Below the pieces are notes generated by a model, which was given only the letters and a program-made list of their open reading frames with translations, ran no database searches and had not been told where the DNA came from. A DNA stretch of 35,989 nt from a virus (taxonomy: Duplodnaviria; Caudoviricetes). Position 1 is the stretch's first letter. The number at the start of each line of letters is the position of its first letter. Positions 8,174 to 17,818 of this stretch are shown here, one piece after another. The translations under genes were made by a program, and so were the position numbers. The DNA lies in the IMG/VR virus record IMGVR_UViG_3300010398_000022, positions 1 through 35,989 of that record; one strand, 5' to 3'.

Positions 8174-10058
8174 TGCTTTCTAGCCTCCAATTATAATATC
8201 CAATTGGGTTAACCTTAACATATTGTGCTCCCAATGCTGTATCTTCATCACCACCAAAATTATATTCTAAATCTGCTAGCTCAGCCTGAAAGTTTTGAGC
8301 TGGTGCTATTCCACTAACTGTGTCTTCTATGTTTATCAAAATACCAGGCATGAACAAGGCATTGGGAATTGTGACATTGCCAGGGGTTGTTGTCATCTTT
8401 GGCATTGCTGAATATTGTAGCAAGCCATCCAAATAGCGTTGTGCTGCTAGTGGGCTTTCTTCAAAGGGTGTGGCTATGGTTTGTTCAACTAGTCCAAATT
8501 GTTCCTGAGATTCTATATCTTCAGCTACTATGTTGTGAGTGAAATTATCAAAGATTGTGAAAGCTAGCATGCTTGGGTTATTTAGTATAACTTCCCAGCC
8601 ATTGTTTAGGTTATGATTAGCTGCCCATGGTAAACCCTTTGCTACAACCCTACTAGCAATATTTGAAACCATTCCATCTGGTGTTGGCACAGTATACCAG
8701 TTTATTGTGTTATCTAGGCTACCTCCTCTATTGTAGATGGTTATCCAGTATTTCTTTGCGCTGTTTATTGTCTGGTTTCCTGTGAATACTATATTGGTTA
8801 GAAACATGGCTGTTGGTGTGTTCTTTGGCACTCTGGCTAGTGGAATATCCCATACTGCTACCTGCTGGCCTATTGGTGCATCATCAATATCTTCAACAAT
8901 GTGGCCATGAACTGTTGTGACTAGCTCGGGGTCTGTTGTGCCTGCTCCTTTCTTTTCTATTACTACTGCTAGATTTTGGATTCTGGTTTGCTTAGGGTCT
9001 ATCTGTAAGGCATAATCTTTTTGGTTGAGAGAGACAAAGCCATTAGTGTTGAATGCTCCTGATGTGGTGTTGGCATTGCCACCTTCTATCGTCATGCTTT
9101 TGGTTTGAGATATGAATCTGTTTGTAAAGCCATCTTCCTTAAGCCAGCTTAATTCCCAGTCAAATGCATCCACAAAATAAGAGTTAATGTTGGCTGATTC
9201 CAAGCCCTGTCCAGCTATATCATCATTCCATGATCTTAGTGTTATTCCAGAAAGTTGGGTGTTGGGCCATTTCAGGTAAGGCTCATTATAACTATTTATT
9301 CCACCATCAGCACCCACAGTTTCAAGCATACTTTGAAGAGCTGATGAGGCTGTAACATATTTTTGATTAATTGCTAGAATTTTTATTAATACAGGTGAAG
9401 CATCTAGCAGGTTTATAGTGTCATCAGACATGTTTAGCTGCTCTTGAATTGTTACATCTGGGACTACATATGATGATGTATCTGATAGTAAAGCTTTGAA
9501 TAAGTTGTTAGTCTGCATGTCTATATCATTAGCAAATGGGTCTATTGTTGTGAAATCAGTTGTTGTGGTGGTGTTGGTTGCTGTTGTTGTTATTGATGCA
9601 TTTGCTATCTTTTGTATATTGACTATTCTTTCATCTAACACACCTCCTGCTCCTATACCTGAGAATTGATATTGTAATTGATTTCCACCAGGTCTTAGTG
9701 CTTTGACTTTTTTAGTTCTACCATATAGCAGATTTAGATAATCTTGATTTGGATATTTCTTGGCTTTAATTATGACTATGTTAGCTCGTCTTGTTAGGTT
9801 AAAGTCAAGACTTTTCTCACTGTCTTCTATCAGAATATCAAAACTGCCTACTGAGGCAACACCTGGTGGGTTTACTCTGCATGCTATGGCAAGAGCTCCC
9901 CCAGAAGAACTGGGTGGTGAAAATGAATCATATGAATATCTAAGTTCAAGGTTTTGTAAATCCCAAAATTCTATGCTGCATCTAGCAGGTTCAATATAAT
10001 CGTCTAGGTTGGTTTTCTGTGGTATTCCAGATATATAATCAGGTGTGATTGTTGACAT
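8163..10058 (-). CDS. Putative tail tip / baseplate hub protein
   Basis: 631 aa, directly downstream of the tape measure. VAEDIESQEQFGLVEQTI and FMPGILINIED are hub-like motifs. Confidence 0.6.
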   Translation of the reverse strand: MSTITPDYISGIPQKTNLDDYIEPARCSIEFWDLQNLELRYSYDSFSPPSSSGGALAIACRVNPPGVASVGSFDILIEDSEKSLDFNLTRRANIVIIKAKKYPNQDYLNLLYGRTKKVKALRPGGNQLQYQFSGIGAGGVLDERIVNIQKIANASITTTATNTTTTTDFTTIDPFANDIDMQTNNLFKALLSDTSSYVVPDVTIQEQLNMSDDTINLLDASPVLIKILAINQKYVTASSALQSMLETVGADGGINSYNEPYLKWPNTQLSGITLRSWNDDIAGQGLESANINSYFVDAFDWELSWLKEDGFTNRFISQTKSMTIEGGNANTTSGAFNTNGFVSLNQKDYALQIDPKQTRIQNLAVVIEKKGAGTTDPELVTTVHGHIVEDIDDAPIGQQVAVWDIPLARVPKNTPTAMFLTNIVFTGNQTINSAKKYWITIYNRGGSLDNTINWYTVPTPDGMVSNIASRVVAKGLPWAANHNLNNGWEVILNNPSMLAFTIFDNFTHNIVAEDIESQEQFGLVEQTIATPFEESPLAAQRYLDGLLQYSAMPKMTTTPGNVTIPNALFMPGILINIEDTVSGIAPAQNFQAELADLEYNFGGDEDTALGAQYVKVNPIGYYNWRLESSGF

Positions 10059-10059
10059 T

Positions 10060-13000
10060 TTACATCAAGGCACCTATATCCAACTCCAACAATTTCTTAT
10101 TGATTACTTTTATCAATTCTCTTGAATCTAGATTTATGACTGTTGGCTCTCTAAGCTCTACAATTATACGTCTACCTCCTCCTCCAGCTCCTCCTGGCAA
10201 TACTACTCCTGGTGTTAATATTGTGCCTCTTGTTTCTGTTGTAAATGTTGCTGATCCTGGTATTCCACCTAATACTGTGGCTGCTGTTGCTGTTGCTGGT
10301 GCTGGTATTGTTCGTTGAACTACTGTTCTATGTTCAATTATGTTGATAGTTACTGTTTTAGATGAAGGTATGCTGTTGATTGAATTAATAAGAGATTGAA
10401 CCTGGCTTCTGGCTGAACTTGCTGCTGAGCCTATATTGTTCATGGCACTTGCCACCCTATTCAAGGATGATATCATGTTGTTAGAATTAGAACTTACATT
10501 ACTTGCTAAGCTGTTCATTGCTGTTCCAGCATTTCTAGTGCCTGTGTTGAAATCATTAGTTAGGGCTGTTGCTGCTGCATTGAAAGCTTTGATCCAATTT
10601 GCTGTATTGCCATTGATGTTTGTTGACAGGCCATTCATAACAGTGCCTACTGCTTTGGTTGCTGCATTGAAACTGGTAACTAGAGCAGTGGTGGCTGTAG
10701 TCCAGTCTTTTATCCAGGTTGCTATGTTACCATTTATGTTTACAGTGAGAGAGTTCATGGCAACACCAGCATTCTTGGTTGCTGTGTTGAATGCTAAGGT
10801 GAAGGCTGTGGCTATCTGGCCTAATGCTGTTATGATGTTAACAAAGGCAGTTGCTATGTTTTGTTGAAGAGTAAGCATTGCCGCAGTGGCATCACCCATT
10901 CCTTTCTGGAAGGCTAGACCAAATGCACTAGAAAGTTGGCCTAATGCTGTAATTATGTTTACAAAGGCAGTCGCAGCATTGGTTTGTAAAGTTACAAATG
11001 CAACACCAGCATCACCCACTGCCTTCTGAAATCCTAATTGGAATGCACTAGCGACTTGACCTAATGCTGTAATTATATTTAGAAAGGCAGTTGCTGCGTT
11101 AGTCTGAAGGGTTATGAATGCTCCTGATGCATCTGCTATGCCTCTAGCAAAGCCCTGATTAATTCCTGCTGCTACTAAAGCCACTTCTTGTATAATTTGG
11201 GTGAAAACTGTTGCTGCTGTTTGGCCTAGTGTTTGCATAGCTCTGTTGGCAATGTTGAGAGCTGCTGTTAGTTTGTTGATCTCTTCTGGGTTGCTTCCAG
11301 CTGGAATTTGAATAATATTAGGTCCTCCACCTCCTGGGCCTTTTGCCAGTGCTGGTTGACCACTTAACAAACCCTGTATAAATTTGGCTGCACCTTGCAA
11401 GCCTGCGATAATTTTATCTCCTATTGTTTTACCAATATCCCCAATGTTTTTTGGAATGTCTAGAATTGGTTGAACAATAAAGTTCCTAACCTTCTCTGCT
11501 ATCTGACTCCAACCTTTTTCTACAGCATTAACTATTCCCTGGCCTACTGCTCCTAATGCTGCTGGTATATTCTTTAGTGGATTAGTCATGAATTGCGTTA
11601 CTGAATTGGCTATCTGAGTCCATCCAGTTACAACAGCACTGACAATAGATTGGCCTACTGAAGAAAGAGCTGATGGTATCTTTAGTATTGGATTTATGAA
11701 AAAGGTCTGAACTGAACTAGTTAATTGAGTCCATCCTGTTACAACAGCCTGAACTATAGCCTGTCCAACACCACTTAATGCTGATGCTATCTTTAGAATT
11801 GGATTTATGAAGAATGTTTGAACTGATGCTGCTACCTGTGTCCAACCTGTAACCACTGCTGTAACTATGGATTGCCCAACAGAAGATACAGCTGAAGCTA
11901 CCAGCAATATTGGATTTATGATATAAGTCTGGACTAGACTTGCGAACTGTGTCCAACCTGTAACCACTGCTGTAACTATAGCCTGACCTACTGAGGCAAC
12001 TGCTGATGCTACTAGTAGAATTGGATTTATAATGTAAGTTTGAACTAGACTTGTAAATTGAGTCCATCCTGTTACAACAGCATTAACTATGGATTGACCT
12101 ACTCCTGCTACTGCTGTAGCAACTAAAAGTATAGGATTTATGATATAAGTTTGCACTAGACCAGCAACAGGTGCTAATGCCTTTCCTAGTGCTGTTACTA
12201 ATTCATTGAATTTGGCTGTTGTTTCAGGAAATGCTTTAGCTAGCTCTGCTGGTATTTGTAGAAATATCTTGCCTACCTCTGCTAGCCATTTACCTGCTGC
12301 TGATTGACCATTTGAGGTGAATAAGCCTTCTATAGCACTAAACGCAGCTAGTAAGGCTCCTGGTGCAGCTGCTGCTAATTGGCCTAGACCTGTTGCTAGT
12401 TGCTGGCCTAGTTTAGTTGCAAATGGAACCACTGTGCTAGAAAACCAGGAATTAAATGCACCTGCTGCCTTGGCTAATTCACCAGGAGCATTTTCAACAA
12501 AATAGGTTATTCCACTTAGTATCATTGCTCCAAGTTTATCTGCAAATTGTTTTGCTGGTCCTGTGATAAACTGTGTTAAACTATTACCAAGATCTACCAG
12601 GTTATGTATTGCTACCTCTATGGCTTTCTGGAAATTACCCTTGAATGCTAAATCAGCAGCTATTGTGAAGCCTCTAAAGTCTTCTGCTAGTGGCCCAAAT
12701 TCAGGGTGAAATCGCTTAATCTGTCTAACTGCCTCATCTACTGAAGTTCTAAACTGACCAAATGCTGATTGAGTTTCTCTGCCTAAACCTTGGACTGCTA
12801 GAACTGCTCCTCCAAATACTGTCTTTAATGCTCCAACAACATCACCACTTCCTAGCTGGTTTACAAATTGTTTTGCACCAGCAACAACAAAATTGAATGC
12901 TCCTACAACATCATCCTTGATTTTGTTTATTGCTGGAGTTACTGCCTTTGCTAGACCTTCAAAGCTTTTTTGTATACCACCTAATGAGTCTCTGATTTGT

Positions 13001-13938
13001 TTATCAGCATCTTTTACATCATTACCTGCTAGACCAAATTTAGCTCCAATGCCTTGAATGAGTAGAAGAAATGGTTTTAGGCCTGGTATAGCATTGCCTA
13101 TTGCTACTCCTACAGCATTTAGAGCATCTCTAAATCCAAATGCATTAGTGGCTATTGCTGTTAGTAATAATGATAATGCAGTCAGGGCTATAGTGAAAGG
13201 GTTTAATAAAATACCTTTTAATGCAGTTCCAAAGCTTGAAAGTCCACTAGATGCACCTGGTAATGCCTTGCCAGTTGTTGCGAATGCATTACCTAATCCA
13301 GCTACTGCTTTTTCAGCTGGTGCTGCCTTTGATGATAAGCCTCCAAATAATGAAACAATGCCTCCTACTCCTGTTAATAAACTTGGAACAAGATTCTCTA
13401 CAAAGTTTAGATAGGCTTCATTAACACCTCGTTGTGCTACTTCTACACTGTGAGCTAATGGGGCTTGTTTAGCCTGTAAATTAGCCAGTTTTTGAGCTGC
13501 TATTCTGGCTTGGTCTGAGTTAGGTCCATACTTGGCTATTGCATTGTTTAATCTGATTTGTGCTGCTTCTATCGCTGTGTTGTTTCTTGCTACAGCATTC
13601 TGTGCTTTTGTGAGGTCATTTTGTGCATCAGCAATAGCATGCCAATTGCTTATCAGAGTAACACCAGTTCCTATGAGAGTAGACATGGAACCTGCTACTG
13701 TTGTAATATTTGCTCTTAGAGTTCCTAGAACACTTCTTAATCCACCAGCAGAAGTTCCTACTTTACTAACTCCAGCTGCTGCTGTTTGTGATTTAGTTCC
13801 TAGTCCTGCTACTTCATTTGATGCTGTTTGTGAGCTGGTTCCAAGTGCTTTAACTGCTGTATTAGCCTCATTAGCATTAGTGGCAATCTGGTTACCACCA
13901 GAAGCAACAAAATTAACTGTGACAGTAGCACTAGACAT
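10060..13938 (-). CDS. Tail tape measure protein
   Basis: 1292 aa, Ala/Gly-rich and helical, with hydrophobic segments and periodic W/F repeats. Lies downstream of the tail tube and chaperone. Confidence 0.9.
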   Translation of the reverse strand: MSSATVTVNFVASGGNQIATNANEANTAVKALGTSSQTASNEVAGLGTKSQTAAAGVSKVGTSAGGLRSVLGTLRANITTVAGSMSTLIGTGVTLISNWHAIADAQNDLTKAQNAVARNNTAIEAAQIRLNNAIAKYGPNSDQARIAAQKLANLQAKQAPLAHSVEVAQRGVNEAYLNFVENLVPSLLTGVGGIVSLFGGLSSKAAPAEKAVAGLGNAFATTGKALPGASSGLSSFGTALKGILLNPFTIALTALSLLLTAIATNAFGFRDALNAVGVAIGNAIPGLKPFLLLIQGIGAKFGLAGNDVKDADKQIRDSLGGIQKSFEGLAKAVTPAINKIKDDVVGAFNFVVAGAKQFVNQLGSGDVVGALKTVFGGAVLAVQGLGRETQSAFGQFRTSVDEAVRQIKRFHPEFGPLAEDFRGFTIAADLAFKGNFQKAIEVAIHNLVDLGNSLTQFITGPAKQFADKLGAMILSGITYFVENAPGELAKAAGAFNSWFSSTVVPFATKLGQQLATGLGQLAAAAPGALLAAFSAIEGLFTSNGQSAAGKWLAEVGKIFLQIPAELAKAFPETTAKFNELVTALGKALAPVAGLVQTYIINPILLVATAVAGVGQSIVNAVVTGWTQFTSLVQTYIINPILLVASAVASVGQAIVTAVVTGWTQFASLVQTYIINPILLVASAVSSVGQSIVTAVVTGWTQVAASVQTFFINPILKIASALSGVGQAIVQAVVTGWTQLTSSVQTFFINPILKIPSALSSVGQSIVSAVVTGWTQIANSVTQFMTNPLKNIPAALGAVGQGIVNAVEKGWSQIAEKVRNFIVQPILDIPKNIGDIGKTIGDKIIAGLQGAAKFIQGLLSGQPALAKGPGGGGPNIIQIPAGSNPEEINKLTAALNIANRAMQTLGQTAATVFTQIIQEVALVAAGINQGFARGIADASGAFITLQTNAATAFLNIITALGQVASAFQLGFQKAVGDAGVAFVTLQTNAATAFVNIITALGQLSSAFGLAFQKGMGDATAAMLTLQQNIATAFVNIITALGQIATAFTLAFNTATKNAGVAMNSLTVNINGNIATWIKDWTTATTALVTSFNAATKAVGTVMNGLSTNINGNTANWIKAFNAAATALTNDFNTGTRNAGTAMNSLASNVSSNSNNMISSLNRVASAMNNIGSAASSARSQVQSLINSINSIPSSKTVTINIIEHRTVVQRTIPAPATATAATVLGGIPGSATFTTETRGTILTPGVVLPGGAGGGGRRIIVELREPTVINLDSRELIKVINKKLLELDIGALM
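10500..11230 (-). repeat. Degenerate 120-bp (40-aa) tandem repeats in tape measure
   Basis: Unit LQTNAATAFLNIITALGQVASAFQLGFQKAVGDAGVAFVT; CTAATGCTGT recurs at 10821, 10941 and 11061. Confidence 0.8.
11420..12156 (-). repeat. 111-bp (37-aa) tandem repeats in tape measure, 6 full copies plus a partial one
   Basis: Unit VQTYIINPILLVASAVASVGQAIVTAVVTGWTQFASL. Confidence 0.9.
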
Positions 13939-13957
13939 TTTTGTTTATTTATATTAC

Positions 13958-14311
13958 CTACCTGATTGCTGTTCCTATCTCTCTCAATGCTGTATCAACT
14001 AAGGCTTGAATAGACTGATTTATTGATGGTCTCATATACGGTCTTGCTGACATGTATCTAGTTCCAAATTCTACATATCCAGCATAATCTACTCCAGCCT
14101 CTACTTCAACACCATGGGCTGATGCTGGGCCTGGTTGAATGCTTTCTCTTAATGCACCAGTTCTAATTGGTGCTAATGCTCTAGCTGAAAGTTGGAGTTC
14201 TACTGCTGCAGCTGTAAAGGCTTTAATTGGAATATCTGATTGTGCTTTAATTGATAGATTTGTAAGCTTTGGCACTACCTTTGATACATCAACAGTTATT
14301 TGCCATGGCAT
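13958..14311 (-). CDS. HK97 gp10-like tail completion protein
   Basis: APIRTGALRESI..VDYAGYVEFGTRYMSARPYMRPS signature. Confidence 0.9.
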   Translation of the reverse strand: MPWQITVDVSKVVPKLTNLSIKAQSDIPIKAFTAAAVELQLSARALAPIRTGALRESIQPGPASAHGVEVEAGVDYAGYVEFGTRYMSARPYMRPSINQSIQALVDTALREIGTAIR

Positions 14312-14314
14312 TAG

Positions 14315-14599
14315 TTAGAGACTCTTAGACCTCCTTGTTTGTTTTTGGTTTTGGCTCTCCTGTTTCTGTTTTTCCTTCTCATAGTCCATACGCTGTCTAT
14401 CACTCTGAAATTGAAGCATTATAATCATGCCCTCCAACTCTCCAGCATAAGGCTCTCGCTGTTCTATTTCCCATCTATGTCTCTTTAGCATACGAAAGTA
14501 AATGTATGAATTAACCCACCAAATTTCTTCCTCAGTGGCTTCTTTGCTTAGCTGCTGCCTGAGGTAGAACCACTCTTTAATTTTTCGGGATGTAAAGGG
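14315..14599 (-). CDS. -1 frameshift extension of tail assembly chaperone (gpGT-like, ~244 aa total)
   Basis: Slippery heptamer C-CCT-TTA at 14599-14593 in the chaperone frame. The -1 frame is open for 94 codons (PFTSRKIKEWFYLRQQ...RRSKSL) and ends 3 nt before the next ATG. Confidence 0.8.
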   Translation of the reverse strand, partial: PFTSRKIKEWFYLRQQLSKEATEEEIWWVNSYIYFRMLKRHRWEIEQREPYAGELEGMIIMLQFQSDRQRMDYEKEKQKQESQNQKQTRRSKSL

Positions 14600-15048
14600 A
14601 CTGGATGCAGCACTTTGTAGGTTGCAGCGTCACCTACCATCCTGGCTTCTCCTGGTGGGACTAGGTCAGCCTCATCTGTGGTTAAACCAAACATATCTGT
14701 AAGCACTCCCATATAATATTCAGTTAGGAGATCTGTTTGTTTGTCAGGGTCTTTCTCAGCATCACCCTTTACCTTTAGCTTGGTTAGCTCTTTCCATCTC
14801 TTCATGCCTACCTGTTTGAATTCATATTGTTTGTTGTTGATTGTGTAGAGTTGGCCTGGGTTTAATTTATCAGCTATCTCTATGGTTTTCTTTTGCTCAT
14901 CATCAATAACATCTCCCCAGAAATTGTTGTATTTATCCTCCATCTTTTTGCGGATGAGGTCTAATGTTGATTTATCTACTTGAAATGTAACTGATTCTTC
15001 TATTGGCTCTTGTTCTAGCTTATCTTCTTCAGCTTCAGATTCAGACAA
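14548..15048 (-). CDS. Tail assembly chaperone (gpG-like)
   Basis: 166 aa, acidic, TTG start; immediately after the tail tube gene and carries a slippery site near its 3' end. Confidence 0.75.
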   Translation of the reverse strand: MSESEAEEDKLEQEPIEESVTFQVDKSTLDLIRKKMEDKYNNFWGDVIDDEQKKTIEIADKLNPGQLYTINNKQYEFKQVGMKRWKELTKLKVKGDAEKDPDKQTDLLTEYYMGVLTDMFGLTTDEADLVPPGEARMVGDAATYKVLHPVPLHPEKLKSGSTSGSS

Positions 15049-15064
15049 TAAAATAGAGAAAGGA

Positions 15065-16003
15065 TTACGTGCCTGTAAATGTTATGCCATTGGTTGCTTG
15101 GGCTTCATACTCTTCCATCCAGACTTCATCAGAGTCACCTGCTATTGCTCTACTGTAGGTATCGAAATTGCATTGATTAAACTTCATTTTGTTAACTCCA
15201 GCAGCAACTATTGTATATTCTATATCTCTTGCTGTAAAGCCTCTCAAATCTCCCACTAGTGTGCCTCCAATAGTTACAGTGTTGAATGATAGTTTGATTT
15301 CTCTTTTGATAGGCTTACTAACCTTGTAGGTAGTAAGACCATTGAAAGACGGTCTTGCTATTGTCCAATTTACATCAAATTTGAAGCTGGTAGTATCATA
15401 TTTTACGCTGTTAATGTCCAGTGGGTCTGCTCCACTGGTTATGCCTGACCATGGTGTTAGTGAAGGTGCAGCTGCGTATGTGGCTGCTGGTGCAAAGGTT
15501 GGTGTTACAATCCAGTCTGTAACATCCTTGGCATGGAATGGCATCGTCACTTTAAAGCCTGATTCACGTTCTATAGTGCCAGAACAACCATCAAAACGAA
15601 CACCTTTGAATATCTTCCACTTTTCTACACCATTGATTAATGCTGTAAATAGAATTGAAATACTGACACCATTAGTGCCATTAGGTGCAACCATTGTTGG
15701 GTCTGCTGGTGTTGCTGAAGGTGCTACTGGGGTTAAGATGCCTCGTTTCATTAGTTTGAAATCTGAGGGTTGGAAAGCAATTTCACCTGTTATTTCTTCA
15801 TTAAGCCTAATCTTCTTTTGAACATCATATGAGCCTAATGGTCTAATCTGATTATTTGCTTCTGCTACATTTTCATTTAATGATTCAACAAATCCACATG
15901 ATACAAATGTTGGTCCTGATAATGGTAGTGTGCCATCTACAAGTTCCTCTGTAAACTGCGGCTGTTTGATAATGTCAGCTGCAGCAGTTGGGATATAGCT
16001 CAT
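15065..16003 (-). CDS. Major tail tube protein
   Basis: 312 aa, beta-rich two-domain pattern (ITGEIAFQP, IFKGVRFDGCSGTIE, FKFDVNWTI, REIKLSF); position before chaperone and tape measure. Confidence 0.75.
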   Translation of the reverse strand: MSYIPTAAADIIKQPQFTEELVDGTLPLSGPTFVSCGFVESLNENVAEANNQIRPLGSYDVQKKIRLNEEITGEIAFQPSDFKLMKRGILTPVAPSATPADPTMVAPNGTNGVSISILFTALINGVEKWKIFKGVRFDGCSGTIERESGFKVTMPFHAKDVTDWIVTPTFAPAATYAAAPSLTPWSGITSGADPLDINSVKYDTTSFKFDVNWTIARPSFNGLTTYKVSKPIKREIKLSFNTVTIGGTLVGDLRGFTARDIEYTIVAAGVNKMKFNQCNFDTYSRAIAGDSDEVWMEEYEAQATNGITFTGT

Positions 16004-16026
16004 TTAATAAAGCGAGGACTTTTTGA

Positions 16027-16039
16027 AATATGGGAACTA
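16027..16039 (-). promoter_or_regulatory. Late-promoter-like motif TAGTTCCCATATT
   Basis: Begins 36 nt upstream of tail tube ATG 16003; matches copies at 21636, 22302 and 33183. Confidence 0.55.
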
Positions 16040-16045
16040 TCAAAA

Positions 16046-16507
16046 TTGGCTTCACCGTATTCTACTGAATCAGAAGTTAGAGCATTATTAGGTAATTTAC
16101 GAAATCAGGTTGATGCTACTACCATAACCACTGCTATTGCCAGTGCTGATTCTCAGATTGATAGAATGACATTTAAGAGCTGGGTTGTTGGTGAAACTGA
16201 TTATCCAGCTATTCAGAAAGCATCTAGATATCTGGCTGCTGCTGAATGTATGATAAACATACAGGGCACTGAACCTACTCAACAAAGACTGTGGGATGAA
16301 GCAATGCTTATTATTCAGAGCATTACCAAGTTTGATACATCTAGTTTAACAGGTGATTATGTATCTTCTAGCCAGCCTGTAACCTATCCAATGAATCCAC
16401 AGGGCATAATATGGGCCAGTTCTAAATTTCCAAAGCTTAAGAAATCCTCTAATATGGAAAACTCTCAAATTACCGATGGCTTTTACTGGGTTAGTGGCAA
16501 TCCATAG
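16046..16507 (+). CDS. Head-tail adaptor (HK97 gp6/SPP1 gp15/Mu gp36-like)
   Basis: YSTESEVRALLG..ITTAIASADSQID..PAIQKASRYLAA helical pattern typical of adaptors; TTG start. Confidence 0.7.
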   Translation: MASPYSTESEVRALLGNLRNQVDATTITTAIASADSQIDRMTFKSWVVGETDYPAIQKASRYLAAAECMINIQGTEPTQQRLWDEAMLIIQSITKFDTSSLTGDYVSSSQPVTYPMNPQGIIWASSKFPKLKKSSNMENSQITDGFYWVSGNP

Positions 16508-17013
16508 TGGTATTACTATATCCAGATGAGTTAATCTATAATTATTTGAGATCATTATACACACCCTATCGCAATGCTTTGCCTGACCCTACTGTTTTGC
16601 CACTAGAAACTGATATTATGTGGAATTTCTTTGCTGGTGGGGTTAAAGACACTTCATTCATAGTGGCTGAAGACTATCAGCAGCCTGAGAGATTCAATTT
16701 AGGTGCTAGTGCTGCTAATTGGAAAGCTTCCTCAACCATTTATGTTATAACATTATGGACTAAGGAAGGTAAGCCACAATATTTGAAAGAATTTGCTAAT
16801 TTCTTAGAAAAGAAGTTGGTGGTTGTTGGTGGGTTGTCTTCTACATTGGCTATAACAGGTTTAAATGATTTGAAAGTTACACAGTTTTCTCTAAGTCAGG
16901 GCTTGAATAATTTTCATGGTTATGGCACCTTTAGCAATATACAAAATCCTGAAACAGATTGGTGGGTGTTGTCTGTTAATGTTCAGACAAGATATTTGAA
17001 GCCTGCTAACTAA
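16507..17013 (+). CDS. Putative tail terminator/neck protein
   Basis: 168 aa, coupled to the adaptor; alpha/beta pattern (IYVITLWT..EFANFLEKKL..WWVLSVNVQ) resembling tail terminators. Confidence 0.45.
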   Translation: MVLLYPDELIYNYLRSLYTPYRNALPDPTVLPLETDIMWNFFAGGVKDTSFIVAEDYQQPERFNLGASAANWKASSTIYVITLWTKEGKPQYLKEFANFLEKKLVVVGGLSSTLAITGLNDLKVTQFSLSQGLNNFHGYGTFSNIQNPETDWWVLSVNVQTRYLKPAN

Positions 17014-17490
17014 TTAATTAGCGGATAGGGTTTTGGTGCTTTCTCTAGGCAAGTTATCTATTGTGTTAGCTTGAGCTTCTTTGGGCACTAATGGCAATAG
17101 TCTGTTAAGCTGTTGCTGTGATATGTCTGCCTTTTCTTTCCAGTAGTCAAGGTCTTTTTGATGCTGATCTAGTATTTTCTTGGCTTCTGGTGACATTGTT
17201 GTTATTACTTCAGCCACAGTTCTAAGATCTTTTTGCTGTTCTACTGTTTTCTGGCCCATGGCTGTTGCTAGTTTTCCAACATCAACTACTGAATCAAGAG
17301 CCTTGCTTATCTTGGGATCATGGCTTTTGCTTTTTAGAAACGCTGCTACGGCTGCTATAATGCCACCTATTGTTGCTACTAGTGAACCTATAGCTGTGGT
17401 TAATGCTACTGCTGAGTCTACTGCTGTTTGTTGAATTACTGGCGGTGTAGCAGTAGGTGCTTGCATCAGTAGGGAACCGAAATCCATCAT
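17014..17490 (-). CDS. Single-TM membrane protein with coiled coil (holin-like candidate)
   Basis: Hydrophobic AVALTTAIGSLVATIGGIIAAVAAFL followed by KSK and a helical soluble domain. Confidence 0.55.
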   Translation of the reverse strand: MMDFGSLLMQAPTATPPVIQQTAVDSAVALTTAIGSLVATIGGIIAAVAAFLKSKSHDPKISKALDSVVDVGKLATAMGQKTVEQQKDLRTVAEVITTMSPEAKKILDQHQKDLDYWKEKADISQQQLNRLLPLVPKEAQANTIDNLPRESTKTLSAN

Positions 17491-17541
17491 ATGTTGTATG
17501 TTATAACCATAGGTAATCCAAGATAATTACTGCAAAATAAC

Positions 17542-17805
17542 ATGACTGAAGATGGCATTAATTGGGGTCTGATATTAATTCCAGCGGTAATTGGCATGAT
17601 AATTAGTGTTGTGTTGAATGGTATGAGCAAGATGAGTAAGACAGCAGATAACACACTAACAGGTTCAATAAAGATTAATGAAGTGGAGAAACGAGTTGAG
17701 GGTATTGAAAGTATAGTAATGAAGCAGGGTGAAAAGATAGAAAACATGTCTAGCAAGCTAGAGCTTCATAGTTATCGTTTAGACAAATTAAATCATACTC
17801 AATAG
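17542..17805 (+). CDS. Small single-TM coiled-coil protein
   Basis: 87 aa; WGLILIPAVIGMIISVVL followed by a heptad-like region. Confidence 0.6.
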   Translation: MTEDGINWGLILIPAVIGMIISVVLNGMSKMSKTADNTLTGSIKINEVEKRVEGIESIVMKQGEKIENMSSKLELHSYRLDKLNHTQ

Positions 17806-17818
17806 ATCGATTAAAAAA

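Noticed and set aside
16004-17020. Invertase-controlled segment explaining the + strand neck genes
   Set aside because: No flanking inverted repeats and no recombinase gene are seen.
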